Of a stretch of 64,000 bases of DNA, positions 10,177-21,193 are shown one piece after another. This DNA is from Candidatus Krumholzibacteriia bacterium (GTDB lineage: Bacteria > Krumholzibacteriota > Krumholzibacteriia > JAJRXK01): the NCBI GenBank assembly GCA_041484665.1, contig JBGPIA010000019.1, forward strand, positions 1 to 64,000, read 5' to 3'. The position numbers and the translations under genes were made by a program. The notes beneath the pieces were generated by a model. It was not told where the DNA came from. It saw nothing but the letters and a program-made list of their open reading frames with translations, and did no database searches. The stretch's first letter is position 1. Every line of letters begins with the position of its first letter.

Positions 10177-10743
10177 TCAGAAGGGCTCAAGGGCGACGCC
10201 GAGGCGATACAGCGCGCAGGGTTCCGGGGACAGGAGGCCTTCAAGGCGGCGGCGAAGCTGCGTGACGTCCTCGGCCGCACCAGTTAAGAGAAGCCGAAGA
10301 GTGCTTCGAGCCAGGACGTCCGAGGGGCGGCAGCCGAGATCTTCGAACTCGTAGTAGAGCAGAGCATGCCCGAACTGAAGACATGCGAGGGCGTAATGCC
10401 GGGCTGGCGGTGGACCGCGAGCAGGGGGAAGTCCTTGAAGCCCTCGCGTGACGATTACGGAAGATGGCCCAAGCGCCTCGAGAATTTCGCAGAAGTGCTC
10501 GGGCAAGTAGCTCCCGAATTCCGCGCGCCTCTGCCACAGAAAGCCAACCTCGACGAGAGTAGACCGCAAGACCGCACCACTGCAACCCGCAGGAGCGAGG
10601 AGACACAACGCTAGTATATTAAGCTTGTGATATCCGGATTCCACGGGCTTCCGGCCACCCTTCGGGCTGTGCTGCCTCCGCGGCTGCGCGGGATTCGTGG
10701 CAGTGGACGCGGGCCGACGAAGCGTTGCTTTGGCACGCCCCAA
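10177..10743 (-). CDS. Hypothetical protein (true start probably near 10645)
   Basis: Globular-looking composition from KLNILALCLL onward; convergent with the hydrolase gene. Confidence 0.4.
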   Translation of the reverse strand: MGRAKATLRRPASTATNPAQPRRQHSPKGGRKPVESGYHKLNILALCLLAPAGCSGAVLRSTLVEVGFLWQRRAEFGSYLPEHFCEILEALGPSSVIVTRGLQGLPPARGPPPARHYALACLQFGHALLYYEFEDLGCRPSDVLARSTLRLLLTGAAEDVTQLRRRLEGLLSPEPCALYRLGVALEPF

Positions 10744-10965
10744 GGAGATGCGTTGCGGCCAGAGAGTCGCAGGGTAAACGGCATTCTCCAGGGGGCGACG
10801 GGAACAAACGCCGACAACGTACGGCGTTCTGCTGGACAGCCCTCAGGTTGGGCAGTAACCTGCGCTGCGTCGATTGACCGTGCAGCTTTGCGGGTGGCTG
10901 GAGGATGTGCCGATTGGATCCACGCTCCCGGCTCGGAACCGTGGAGGCAGAAGAACGGAGTAGCG

Positions 10966-11250
10966 ATGGCTCAGGTCAAGACCATCGAACGGCAGATCTA
11001 CCGCATCGAATCGTTCAACGTGGTGATCTACAGTCCAGAGGGGCGCAAGGTGCGGCGTGACCGACGGGGCTTTCCAGCCTACGACTATGCAAGAGCGGCC
11101 AAGGGTGCGATGACCGTGGCCCGATGGAAGAGGGAGCGGTTCTCGCGGACATACCCTGGCTTCACGGTGGACGTCCTCGATGGCGCCGGAGCAGAAGCGC
11201 AAGGCAATGCGCGACTGTTGACCGTGAGACAATCCTACGTCGAAGGTTGA
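10966..11250 (+). CDS. Small hypothetical protein (94 aa)
   Basis: GGAG RBS and ATG 10966 (MAQVKTIERQIYRIESF...YPGFTVDVLDG). Protein-like, with a weak internal two-fold repeat. Confidence 0.7.
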   Translation: MAQVKTIERQIYRIESFNVVIYSPEGRKVRRDRRGFPAYDYARAAKGAMTVARWKRERFSRTYPGFTVDVLDGAGAEAQGNARLLTVRQSYVEG

Positions 11251-11425
11251 CGAGACGCCCCCACGAAATCCCACGAGGAACTTCAGCAGCCGAAGGGCGG
11301 GTGTGCAGCGCGCCTGGCTGGGCCCCATCAGCCGCGCGATATCGGCCGGATCCTTGTCTACCACGCGTCAATCAGGCGTCACCATCGGGAGGTTGGACAC
11401 GGAACGCATGCAAGGCGCGTCCCTG

Positions 11426-13270
11426 TCACCCGCTGGGACGGGCGGGGAGCGGGAGGGTCCGAGTTGCAGCGAACGCAGCGATGCATTCCTCAACCGTCAC
11501 ACACTGGAATGAGGCGACGAACGATGGCCGGTCTTGGCGGAGCCGTTGGTAGCATGCGTCTGACGTGCACATGACCAGATCGCCCCGAGTCCGCGTCAGC
11601 GCCACATAGGCGATCCGGCGTTCTTCGCGGTGCTTTGCGGCCGAGGACCACCAGATGACTGAAGGGCAGCGACTCGGCTGTGTCGGATCCGGGCACACAA
11701 AGAGGGTGACGTCGTGGGTCTGTCCCTTCACCCCATGCACCGTTTGCACCGGAGCATCGACGTCTGTTCGGGCCGCCGTGTCTTCGGTCGGAAGCAGCTC
11801 GCCAACTGCTCGGTCGTGGCCATCGCGTCTCTGCGGCTTGAGCTTGCCTCCTTGGAATCCAAGTGAGGGCGGAAGAGCAAATGATCCCAACTCGGCGTCG
11901 ATGATCTTTCCCGCCGCTTTCTGCCAGTCGTAGAGAGTGTCGGTCATCGCGAGCGCGTTGCATCGGAACAGGCAGCGGATCGCAAGCGCTTTCCACCGAC
12001 TTGGCTCAATCGCATGTTCCGCGAGCTGCTCATCGGTAAGCCCTTCCCGGCCAAACGCGGCCAGGTCAAGAGAGGCGCGAGCGGCAGCCAGTGCCTTGAC
12101 GTTGCGCCCTTGCCGGAATGCCCTTACCGCGCGATACACATGGTCGAGTGTGGGGCAGTGGAGAGACTTCGCCTCGTTGGCGCATCGAGAAGTCAATTCC
12201 TCGACAACCTTGCCCTGGCGTGCTACCACCTTGAAGTCTGCGTCGGGGAGCGCCTGTCGGATTGCGCGGACGAGCCGTTGAGTATCCGGGACCATGTTGG
12301 CATACCGCACCAGAAAGGCGCGGCCTGCCGGGCCGTCGACAGGCAGCAGTTGGCCAGGCGTGTCCTTTAGGTGTGAGGCGCACGCGGTGGCAGACGTAGG
12401 GCATCGCAGACTCCTTGCTAATGGCAGCGAGGCCGCACCGGAGATCGCCTCAAACCCTGCGAAGAGGTCGGGACGGGCGCCATTGAACTCATAGATTGCT
12501 TGATCCGGATCGCCGACCAGAACGCCACGGACGTCCAACGCGCTCAAGATAAGGCGAATGCTCGTACCAAGGAAGTAGCCGGTATCCTGTAGTTCATCGA
12601 CAATCAGTAGCCGAAACCGCCGCGTTAGCACGGTCTTGATGACTTTACGGTGTGTTGCGTCGGCGAGCAGCTCGGCGGCGAGGAAGGCCGAATCGGCGTG
12701 AGTGATCCAACCCAGTCGTTGCCAGGCCTCCCTCTTTGCCGCGAGCAGTCCGGCGCGATCGCTAGACGCGATTGCCTCGATGCCATGGTACGGGCGTGGG
12801 CGAGCCAGTACCGGTCCAGCAGCGTCCTCGTCGACAAAGCAAATCTCGAACAGTCGGTATTCTTGGGCTCCTGCTCCGCCGCTTCCTCGATGGGTTAACG
12901 GCATTCCACCTGGCCCCTTGCGCCAGTGTTCGGGCGACCAGTCGGCGGGGATCAAGCGTGGAGCTGCATGATTCGGTCGAGCCCGCTGCAGGAAGGGGCG
13001 AACCACATACCGGAAAAGGAAGGCGTCGATTGTGCCCACGAAATGCGGGTGCGCCAGGTCGTAGCCCACGGCCTTGCGAATCTCTTCTCCCCCAACTCGT
13101 GTAAACGACAAGGCCACAATCCCCCCGCCGTTGCGCGGCCAAGACTCCAGTTCCTTCCGGAGCAACTCGGCGACCAGCCAGGTCTTTCCGCTCCCGGGGG
13201 CGGCCCGCACGACCCGAACGCGCGCGGAGCTGTCCAGTACCACCTGTTGTTCGTGGGTCGGCCGTCTCAT
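11426..13270 (-). CDS. gajB: Gabija GajB-like UvrD helicase
   Basis: AAPGSGKT, IVDELQD, VGDPDQAIY, TVHGVKG, EERRIAYVALTR. Starts 11 bp after the OLD nuclease gene. Confidence 0.85.
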   Translation of the reverse strand: MRRPTHEQQVVLDSSARVRVVRAAPGSGKTWLVAELLRKELESWPRNGGGIVALSFTRVGGEEIRKAVGYDLAHPHFVGTIDAFLFRYVVRPFLQRARPNHAAPRLIPADWSPEHWRKGPGGMPLTHRGSGGAGAQEYRLFEICFVDEDAAGPVLARPRPYHGIEAIASSDRAGLLAAKREAWQRLGWITHADSAFLAAELLADATHRKVIKTVLTRRFRLLIVDELQDTGYFLGTSIRLILSALDVRGVLVGDPDQAIYEFNGARPDLFAGFEAISGAASLPLARSLRCPTSATACASHLKDTPGQLLPVDGPAGRAFLVRYANMVPDTQRLVRAIRQALPDADFKVVARQGKVVEELTSRCANEAKSLHCPTLDHVYRAVRAFRQGRNVKALAAARASLDLAAFGREGLTDEQLAEHAIEPSRWKALAIRCLFRCNALAMTDTLYDWQKAAGKIIDAELGSFALPPSLGFQGGKLKPQRRDGHDRAVGELLPTEDTAARTDVDAPVQTVHGVKGQTHDVTLFVCPDPTQPSRCPSVIWWSSAAKHREERRIAYVALTRTRGDLVMCTSDACYQRLRQDRPSFVASFQCVTVEECIAAFAATRTLPLPARPSG

Positions 13271-13281
13271 CGCCCTCTACG

Positions 13282-15105
13282 TCAAGTCGTGCGGCTACTC
13301 GGCTTGAGCGCATCCACGACGCACTCGATCGCTCCTTCGATGTATGGCGGCACAGCGAAGACATGTCGCGCCTCGCCAGCTGCATCCTTTTCGGCAAGTT
13401 TGGCGGCAAGACGATGCGCGAACGCGGCCTTGCTGCCCGAGTGATCCGCGCGGCAAATGCCGCGCCACGTGGCAAGGGCCTTGCTCTCCCGGCTCATGTC
13501 CTCGCCCGCTAGCTTTGCGGCGTTGAACGTGCCCGGTGTGCCGGCAAAGCACGACTCCCACACTTGCGCCATGAGCGCCGCATTGTCGTCCCCAGCCTCG
13601 GCAAGGTCGTACTCCAGCGTCACCTTCGAATGGAAGATCTTCACGCTTGCGTGACCAGCGAACAGATCGAGCAACTTCTTCATCCGGTCGCAGATGGCGA
13701 ACCCGGTCTCTCCCTTCTTAGGGGTGTCGCTCTCCCAATTGCTCCCACGCGTCACTGGGGGGTCTGCATCGCTCACGATCGCCACGGGGATGCCGAGTCC
13801 AGTGGGGCCCAGGAGCTTCTTGAAGGTGCCGAACGCCACGCCGCAAATAGGGATGACCGAGATGTGCTCTCTTGCCAAATCGTGGCCGAGCCGCCTAGCC
13901 AGTACCGGAATCAGGAGCAGTTCCGAGATGCCTTCCACGAGGATGGCCGCCTTGGCGAAGTACATCATCGCCCGGGTGATGTCCATCATTCTTTGGAGCT
14001 CATCCTGCTCCGTGCCATCCATGTCGACCTTCGCCAGGCTGTTGCATCGAGGCTTGTGGTCCTGTGGTTCGTCGAACAGTACATGGACTCGACTCGGGGG
14101 CACGTTCGCGGCGAGGGTCGGCGAGTGCGTGGTCACGAGCGTTTGCGGCGTGCGGTCTCCCGGAGTCTCCGTCGCCAAGTAGTCAGCGAGGAGCATCGTG
14201 AGTTGGGGGTGAAGGTGCGCTTCGGGTTCCTCCACTAGCAGTAACGACGACTCGTCGGGATTGTCGCCCTTGAGATGTTCGAGCACGACCGCGATGTAGA
14301 GGAGGTTGTTCAAGCCCAACCCGTTGGCGGACAGCGATCCGATTGGCGCGTCTGTCATCTGCACCTGTAGGGTGCGAAGGATCTTCTCGAACTCTGCGTC
14401 GGCGGCGCTGATTGTGGATGGGACGTGATCCGTACCTGCGATCCTCTTGGTGCGTGACGTTAGCGAAGCGGCAGTTTCGCTGACCAGTGGTAGCGCTATG
14501 AGGCCCTCGTTCGCCTTGGAGAAGATATCGAGGACCTGGTCTTTGAGATCAGGGTCACTGCGCTCGGCAATGTCTCGCAAGAGCATCGCTAAGCGACTGC
14601 GATGGCCCGGTGCAAGGCCGGCTTCCGCGTCTCTCAGTGCGGGCAAGAAGGTGATGGGGAGCGACTCAAGTAGCTTGGTTGGCACCTCTGGTGCCTCGAG
14701 CGTAAGCGGTCCGCCCGTCCGCTTTATTGATGCCTGCTTCTTGCCTTTCGGCCAGGATGCTTCGAAGCGGATGATTGCCTTCGAGTTGTCAAGGTTGGCG
14801 AGGTCGAACTCGACTATTTCGTAGAAGTGGGCCCGCTGAGCCTCCGAGAGCCCCATGAACGTGAGCGTGATGGACATCGTGGTGGTGGGCTCGGCAGTTG
14901 CCGATGCTCGGTAGAAGTCGTCTCGTTCAAGCCACAGGGAATCTCCGCGCGAAGCCGATGGTCCCAGCGCGTGGCGGATTGCGTGCAGCAGGCTTGTCTT
15001 GCCCGTGTTATTGCGGCCGACAAGCACGTTGAGGCCCGGTTGGAGCTCGACGCGGAGTTCTTGAAGGGAGCGGAAGTTCTCGATGTCGACGGAGGCAAGG
15101 TACAT
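13282..15105 (-). CDS. gajA: Gabija GajA-like OLD-family ABC-ATPase/TOPRIM nuclease
   Basis: IENFRS, Walker A GRNNTGKT, EEPEAHLHP, TTHSP, TOPRIM LVEGISE, DAD and TLEYDL. Confidence 0.9.
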   Translation of the reverse strand: MYLASVDIENFRSLQELRVELQPGLNVLVGRNNTGKTSLLHAIRHALGPSASRGDSLWLERDDFYRASATAEPTTTMSITLTFMGLSEAQRAHFYEIVEFDLANLDNSKAIIRFEASWPKGKKQASIKRTGGPLTLEAPEVPTKLLESLPITFLPALRDAEAGLAPGHRSRLAMLLRDIAERSDPDLKDQVLDIFSKANEGLIALPLVSETAASLTSRTKRIAGTDHVPSTISAADAEFEKILRTLQVQMTDAPIGSLSANGLGLNNLLYIAVVLEHLKGDNPDESSLLLVEEPEAHLHPQLTMLLADYLATETPGDRTPQTLVTTHSPTLAANVPPSRVHVLFDEPQDHKPRCNSLAKVDMDGTEQDELQRMMDITRAMMYFAKAAILVEGISELLLIPVLARRLGHDLAREHISVIPICGVAFGTFKKLLGPTGLGIPVAIVSDADPPVTRGSNWESDTPKKGETGFAICDRMKKLLDLFAGHASVKIFHSKVTLEYDLAEAGDDNAALMAQVWESCFAGTPGTFNAAKLAGEDMSRESKALATWRGICRADHSGSKAAFAHRLAAKLAEKDAAGEARHVFAVPPYIEGAIECVVDALKPSSRTT

Positions 15106-15271
15106 CGGCTTAGAGCACATCCGTTTTGCCCGATGGCGTGGTCCTCATTCTGTCTTCAGGATATACCGCGGAGACTCTTGAGCACAAACACGGAGTTTCA
15201 TGATGACTCCCCGTAATTGCCCATCCGCGTGGCTTCTCATCACTGGTTCAGGCGTGGTGGGAAACGGCGAG

Positions 15272-15465
15272 GTGTGGTAGCGTCAAAGCTGGCCGGCGCT
15301 CGTGAAGCCGACTCACAGAAACCCTGGTGGACCGTAGCTTCTTCATCGTCGTCAACGGCAAGTGGCTCCTAGAAGGCCCCTCGAACGCTAAGCGGCTCAG
15401 CGTGCAGGCGCTCCGAAAAGCGGCTGCAAGCGTCCTGCTCCTCCGGATCCGTGAGGGCCCCGGGA
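15272..15465 (+). pseudogene. Diverged duplicate of the upstream region and 5' end of the nurA-like gene
   Basis: Aligns by eye to about 21139..21353. MDRSFFIVVNGKWLLEGPSNAKRLS versus MDRSFFIVVNGEWLLDGPSHAKRLS. Confidence 0.85.
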
Positions 15466-15593
15466 GGATAACTTCCCAGGGCTACCCGGCAACGCTTGGC
15501 GAATCCTGAGCTGCACCCTTCCCGACGCTCGGGTCGCAGCGGTCGGGGTTACCGCGGTTGCTATACGCAGAAGCAACGGCCTGACAGCGAGAC

Positions 15594-18413
15594 ATGCCGC
15601 CCACATCGGAATCACTCGCCATCTTGGACGCGCGTCAGCTGGCGCGGATCGAAGCCACACACAGGGGTTTTCTCTACCAGCATCTGTACGCAGCCGGATG
15701 TCTTCTGCTTGCCGCGAGCGCGGGCGCAGTATCCGTCTTAGTTGAGCGCGATGAGGATGTCGAGATCAAGCTCCCCGACCGCTGCGTGTACGTGCAGGTC
15801 AAGACGCGCACCCGCCCGCTCACGCAGAATGACGTGAAGGGCGCTCTGTCACGGTTCAAGACGCTTCGCGCAACTCATGCCTCCGGCGCCCGACCCGGCA
15901 AGGCTTCCTTCTGGATCCTGAGCAACACCGCATGTGGACCGGCGCTCCTTGCGGAGATCCGCAGTGGCTACTGGCCGGTCGACGTGACGGTGCGGTGGCC
16001 GGGACACAATGGGCAACTGGACGCCGCGCTTCCTCCAGCGTGGGTCGACGCGGCGGAAGCGGTAGCCTGGTGCGCAGCGCTAGCCGCGTCACTGCCACTT
16101 GCGGCGCTCGTTCCCGAGACCCTTGTCTGGAAGCTCGCCGGGTTAGTCACGCTGGCATCGTCAGGTACGGCGCCATACGAAAACCACGCGTTTCACGCCG
16201 AGGCACTGCCCGACGTGTTCGAGCAAGTTGTGCTGCAACTGCACGAGTTCCCAACAGTGCCAACATGTTACCGGCCGCAAGCAGGTGAACCTAACCTCAT
16301 CACGAACCAGCGGGTGCGCGTCATCTCGGGATTCTCAGGCGCGGGGAAGACGGCGTGGGCGTCGCAGGCTGCGCTCCACTGCGCGCTGCCGGCGGCATAT
16401 TTCGATGCGGGTGACGTCCCCGGCACTGCACTAGCCACTGCACTCGGCCGGGAACTCCTCGCACGGTTGCTGGGGGCAAGCAAGGGAGGACTGGGGCAGG
16501 TTCTCCTGCCCGGCGCGACCGGCACCGAGCTGCTGCGCGTGTTGGACCGGCGACTGCAGCGTGACGGCATCGACGCGGTCGTCTTCGTGGACAACGCGCA
16601 TCAAGTACCTGGAGACGCGCTGAGGAGCGTAATCCAAGCGACGAGCCGCCTCCGCTTCGTGCTCCTGTGTCAACCTGGACAGACTGTCGTTGACCTCACG
16701 GCGACACTTGGGATCCCCGAAGAGCGCCTGTCCGGCTGGACGGTGGACACCATCGCGGAAGAAGTCGCGGCGTCAGGCGGCCGCGCGGATTACGCGACAT
16801 GCCAGCGCCTCCGCGAGACCACGGGAGGGCTGCCCCTCTACGTGCAGAGCGCCCTCCAAGCCGCGTCGACAGTGTACGGAGGCGACGTCGCCGCGCTCTG
16901 CACGGACATTCGAGCCCAGACGCACGTAGTCCAGACTGCGCAGGAAGCCATTCTGGCACGCATGTACGACGCCCTCTCACCAGCAGCAAAAGCTGCGGTG
17001 GCACTGCTCAGCGTCGCCGAGTGCCCCCTCACACGAGACGAACTCGCGTCCCTCGCCCAAGCCCTCCTCGGCGTGCAGGACGCGGCGCTGTTCCCAGCCA
17101 TCCGCAGCCTCGCAGCAACAGGCATCATCCAAGTGGTTGGACGCGACCGCCTGCAAGTCCACGATGCCGTCCGCATGCTCGGCCGTGCACGACTCGGCCA
17201 ATATGGCGGCGTCACCTTGGGTGCCGCACAAGCAACGCTCAAGGGCATCCTTTCATCATCCCTCCAGCAACAGCCGGACATCGCGCGGTTTCCCGCATTC
17301 GTGCGGCTCCTTGGAGCCACGGGTGACGTTGATACCCTAGTAGACCTTGCAGGTCACGAGCTCTTTCACGAGTTCGGCGTCGCAGACGACATCCTTTCCG
17401 TCCTGGAAGGCGCAGCCGGGAACGCGAACCTCCCTGCGTCGCAGCGGTTTTGGGCCCTCGACGCACTGGTGTTCGCCGAACTCACGCAGAGCGCGTCGAC
17501 GACAGTCTCAGAACATCTCGCATTGATGACGCGCCTCCTGTGCGATGGTGGCCTTGGGAAGAAGGAGCAGTTAGCGCTCTGCATGAAGCGTATGCTGGCC
17601 GCAGCGCATCACGGCAGGGCAGCGGACGTGCAGGCGGCCCTTGAAGAGCTGGCCACGCTTACGCCGGACGAACCCACGTTCTTGCGGGTGGCGAAGCACA
17701 ACGCAGCGTGCTCGTTCTACTTCCTTGGCAACTACCAGCATGCGATGGAACTAGCTGAGGCGCTGATCCGCGAGTACTACGACCATCTCGGCATCCATCC
17801 AGGCGATGTCCTCGCCAGGAACCCGAAGGACATCTGGCCGCTCCTGCGCGACACGGAGCGGGTTCAGGACGACCTAAAGCACCTCGCAGACGAACTCGAC
17901 TTGTACGCGCGGTGCTGCTCCGAACTCCGCGTGGAGTCCCGCCTCGCTCGTATTCACGCATTCAAGTTCTACACGATGGCAAACGCGCTCGAATCTGCCA
18001 TCAAAGTTGGACAAGACGCGGTCGACGAGGTCCTCGACCGCGACGATCCCATCGGAGCCAGGCAGCTTCTCGAGGACTTGTTGCTGCCAGTGGTCTACAG
18101 CGCAGACCTCGCAGACCGCGTCATCCCCGTACGCAGCCAGTACGCCGTCGTCCTCGCGTACTGCGGCGATTTCGCAGGCGCGGACGCAGAAATGCTACGG
18201 CTTACCCCGTACGAGTCAGGCCTAACTGACGATGGCAGGAAGGAACTACGCATACAGCGACGCCTCGTCGACAGACTCCGCGAAGCCCACGTAGAGAAGC
18301 GACTCATCGCATCGACGGACAGGAAAGGCGCGCAGAAGGTCGGGCGCAACGAGCCGTGCCCGTGCGGCTCGGGGAGAAAGTACAAGAAGTGCCACGGGGC
18401 GGGGAGCCGATGA
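15594..18413 (+). CDS. Cap4/DUF4297-like nuclease + STAND NTPase + helical repeats + SEC-C motif (Avs/NLR-like defence protein)
   Basis: RGFLYQ..ERDED..VQVK nuclease motif, [23 protein letters not shown], and C-terminal [21 protein letters not shown]. Confidence 0.8.
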   Translation: MPPTSESLAILDARQLARIEATHRGFLYQHLYAAGCLLLAASAGAVSVLVERDEDVEIKLPDRCVYVQVKTRTRPLTQNDVKGALSRFKTLRATHASGARPGKASFWILSNTACGPALLAEIRSGYWPVDVTVRWPGHNGQLDAALPPAWVDAAEAVAWCAALAASLPLAALVPETLVWKLAGLVTLASSGTAPYENHAFHAEALPDVFEQVVLQLHEFPTVPTCYRPQAGEPNLITNQRVRVISGFSGAGKTAWASQAALHCALPAAYFDAGDVPGTALATALGRELLARLLGASKGGLGQVLLPGATGTELLRVLDRRLQRDGIDAVVFVDNAHQVPGDALRSVIQATSRLRFVLLCQPGQTVVDLTATLGIPEERLSGWTVDTIAEEVAASGGRADYATCQRLRETTGGLPLYVQSALQAASTVYGGDVAALCTDIRAQTHVVQTAQEAILARMYDALSPAAKAAVALLSVAECPLTRDELASLAQALLGVQDAALFPAIRSLAATGIIQVVGRDRLQVHDAVRMLGRARLGQYGGVTLGAAQATLKGILSSSLQQQPDIARFPAFVRLLGATGDVDTLVDLAGHELFHEFGVADDILSVLEGAAGNANLPASQRFWALDALVFAELTQSASTTVSEHLALMTRLLCDGGLGKKEQLALCMKRMLAAAHHGRAADVQAALEELATLTPDEPTFLRVAKHNAACSFYFLGNYQHAMELAEALIREYYDHLGIHPGDVLARNPKDIWPLLRDTERVQDDLKHLADELDLYARCCSELRVESRLARIHAFKFYTMANALESAIKVGQDAVDEVLDRDDPIGARQLLEDLLLPVVYSADLADRVIPVRSQYAVVLAYCGDFAGADAEMLRLTPYESGLTDDGRKELRIQRRLVDRLREAHVEKRLIASTDRKGAQKVGRNEPCPCGSGRKYKKCHGAGSR

Positions 18414-18524
18414 ACCGCGCGTTGCCTCGAGGTCTGAAGGGAGACATTCAGTGCTCTGAGATGCCGGCTACCTCGCATGGGAGGTGCTCCAAAGGTCCTT
18501 GGATTGTCAGACGACCGGGGAGGG

Positions 18525-18870
18525 TGCCTGTTCCACGGAATCCGACCAGTCAGTCCACTCGAAATCGATCACCCATTCCACGGAAATCGGGCCACCCCCC
18601 TGGGGGCTGAACCGATCCCCTGATCGGAGCGTCGAGGCGGGACAGCCCACGGCCACCCTGCCGCCGGGAGGAGGGCGGTGGTGCCGCGCTCGAGGTTGAC
18701 CATGCGGAAGATCCGCGAAGTCCCGCGCTTGACCCACGAGTGCGGGCTGAGCACCCGGCAGGTCGCCCTCGGATTGTCTCTGGCCCCCTACAAGGTGCGC
18801 GAGCGCTTGGAATGCGCGGCGTCAGCCGGCATTGGCCCGAGGGCACTGCTGGACGGGCTCGTCTGCTCGT
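18525..18870 (+). mobile_element. IS21-family left end with truncated istA
   Basis: TG terminus and reiterated TTCCACGGAA..CG motifs (18531, 18576). Peptide RLTMRKIREVPRLTHECGLSTRQVA matches IstA N-termini. Right boundary approximate. Confidence 0.75.
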
Positions 18871-20491
18871 ACGCCCGTTCTGAGCCCATTCTGAGGACAA
18901 GCACGTCACTCCCAGTGTCGAGCGCTGCAACGTGGGCTGCAACGTGCCGGTCCAGGAACGCCTGATCCACCGCGTCAGGTTTGAGAATCCAGTGCTCGCG
19001 AATCGTCGTGGCGAACCGCCCAAGCACTAAGACCCACTCCCCAGCCGCAGCGCCTGAAATGAAAGTAGGGACGCCGCCAAGATCGATGACAGTCGCAATC
19101 ACGAACCCACCGAGGCGGGCCCCGAGCAGGTACACGATGTGCGCGAACTTCGCGGACGGTGGACTGCCACTGCCTGACGTGAAGGTCGCGCGGAACTCCC
19201 GCTGAGGCTTGGACGGGTCCAAGAGCAGTGCCAGCTGCCGGAGATGGGCAGACGCACAGTACAGGTCGTGAGGAGTCATAGCGGTGTCCTGCGGTAGCTC
19301 GAACGCCGCTGCGACTTGCGTTGCGTACGCGATTACCTCCGCGAGCTCCCGCGCGCTCCGTACGACGGGCGCGGCGGGGTCAGGCACTTCGAAGCCGGTG
19401 AGGCGCCCGAATCCGTCGAGATCAATGAAAAGGCCATCTTCGGATCCTCGCGTGATAAGCCGGAGAACCTTCCCTATCTCCGCAAGCTGGGCCAGGGTGT
19501 AGCGGTGCGCTGGGGTGGGCAAGACGAAAGTGATCGTCGCGCCTTGGCGCTTTGGGTCCGCAATAATCTCAAGCAAGTCCGACTGCATGCGCACGCGCCG
19601 ATACTCGGGGGGAAGAAACGGAAAAACGCCCGCCGCCGCTCGTACGCTGCACTGATGTCTTGCGATGACGCTCCTGTTGTTGTTGGTGAGCGTGAGGACC
19701 GCAGGGCGAGGTTGCGGGCGGTCCGGCGTGATGAGCTCGGCGATGGCTTCCTCTGAGATCGGGAGCGGCACGGGGATGCCAAAGCGTACTTCCTCGAGCG
19801 CGACGGGACGGGCCTGGAGAGTCTGGCGTAAGCCAATCGCGAAGTCCGCAAGGATGTCATTCGCGTCCACACCCGCAGGGAACTCGAACTGCAGCTGAAA
19901 CCGGTGGTGAAGCTCCCCAAGCTGCGGACCTGTGCGCCATTGCTCCTTGCACGCGATGTACTCGGCAAAACTCGGTCCAACGTATCGACGAATCGCTGCG
20001 GCGAGCCCGGCACCACTGTCGTGATCGAGGCGGTCCACCTCTCGGAGCGGGACAGTCAGCGTCCGCCCGCTAAGGCGTCGCGTGCCCTGGGCACGAAGTT
20101 CTCGGATGCGTCTGAGGGTGCGCTCAACGAGTGCTTCGTCGAAGTGAACGAGGTAGAACCCCACCTGGTGCGGTCCTGCCTGGAACACGAGCGCTGCGAG
20201 GAAGGCGGGATGGTACGCGTACGCCAGACGCTGCGCGCCAGCGAGGGATAGCCGAACCGACCTCTCGCGTTTCCGTGTCGCCTTCACCTGCACGAACGCG
20301 ACGATCTCGGGCGAGACGTCGATCGGGGCCAGAGAGCTTCCCGCATTGGCGTCTGCGGGCGGCACTTCGAGGAGGTAGTCCCAGCCACCGCGGTCCCGGT
20401 CCGGCCGGCTCGCGCGTATCCTTGTCTGCGCGCACACGAGCGCGAAGGCCTTCTCGGCAAGATACCCGAGATCATCTGACTCCCGGCTCAT
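18788..20491 (-). CDS. DUF4365-like PD-(D/E)XK nuclease domain with long unknown C-terminal region
   Basis: LGYLAE...DRDRGGWDYLLE...FVQVKAT. Start placed at MSRESDD. Confidence 0.7.
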   Translation of the reverse strand: MSRESDDLGYLAEKAFALVCAQTRIRASRPDRDRGGWDYLLEVPPADANAGSSLAPIDVSPEIVAFVQVKATRKRERSVRLSLAGAQRLAYAYHPAFLAALVFQAGPHQVGFYLVHFDEALVERTLRRIRELRAQGTRRLSGRTLTVPLREVDRLDHDSGAGLAAAIRRYVGPSFAEYIACKEQWRTGPQLGELHHRFQLQFEFPAGVDANDILADFAIGLRQTLQARPVALEEVRFGIPVPLPISEEAIAELITPDRPQPRPAVLTLTNNNRSVIARHQCSVRAAAGVFPFLPPEYRRVRMQSDLLEIIADPKRQGATITFVLPTPAHRYTLAQLAEIGKVLRLITRGSEDGLFIDLDGFGRLTGFEVPDPAAPVVRSARELAEVIAYATQVAAAFELPQDTAMTPHDLYCASAHLRQLALLLDPSKPQREFRATFTSGSGSPPSAKFAHIVYLLGARLGGFVIATVIDLGGVPTFISGAAAGEWVLVLGRFATTIREHWILKPDAVDQAFLDRHVAAHVAALDTGSDVLVLRMGSERAYEQTSPSSSALGPMPADAAHSKRSRTL

Positions 20492-21193
20492 GGTGACGAA
20501 GTCTACACCACGCACGTGCAAACGTGCACGGACCCATGCGGCGTAGGCGGCGCGGCACTTGGAGTTCGGCTCGCCCGATCGAACGGCGGCTTGCCCCGCT
20601 GGGGTTCGACAGGCCTTGGAGGCCGACGTAATCTGCCGGGGGCGACGGCGCTGGGCGGATGAAAACACTAGAAGACGAGGCAACTCCAACTCGGTGGTCC
20701 GGAAGCGAGTAGTGCGGATGGCGGGTGAGCATGACGCCGGGCGCTGCCCCGATGGGACGGACCGCGCTTGCTACGGTGGGCGCAACCCCGCGACCGTGGA
20801 TCCGCCATGGAGGGCGATAGAAGTGGATGCGACCGGGCGAGACCGCGGACGAAAGCGCACATCAGAAACTCAGGCGTGCGCACCAGACGCTATGGAGCGC
20901 ATCTGCCTGCTTCGCCCGTTCGAAGCCTGGCTCTCGTGCGAACTGACGACCTCATTCATCGACGAGCCCGTGTAGGGGCGAGCCGGTCGGTGCGCTCTGT
21001 CGATTGTCCCGTCGACGCACTAATTCCAAGGGGCTCGCCAGGACAGGGCCCAGAACGCGGCTTGAGCGCGCCCCCGCGGTCGTGGGGAAGTCAGACCCAA
21101 GGGGTGTACAACTGGCGAGCTTGGTATGAGATGGCGGTGTGTGGTAGCGTGAAGTCCAGCTGGCGCTCGTGAAGCCGACTTACAGGAACCCCG

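Noticed and set aside
18330..18413. secA
   Set aside because: Only the short SEC-C motif is present, on an unrelated protein.
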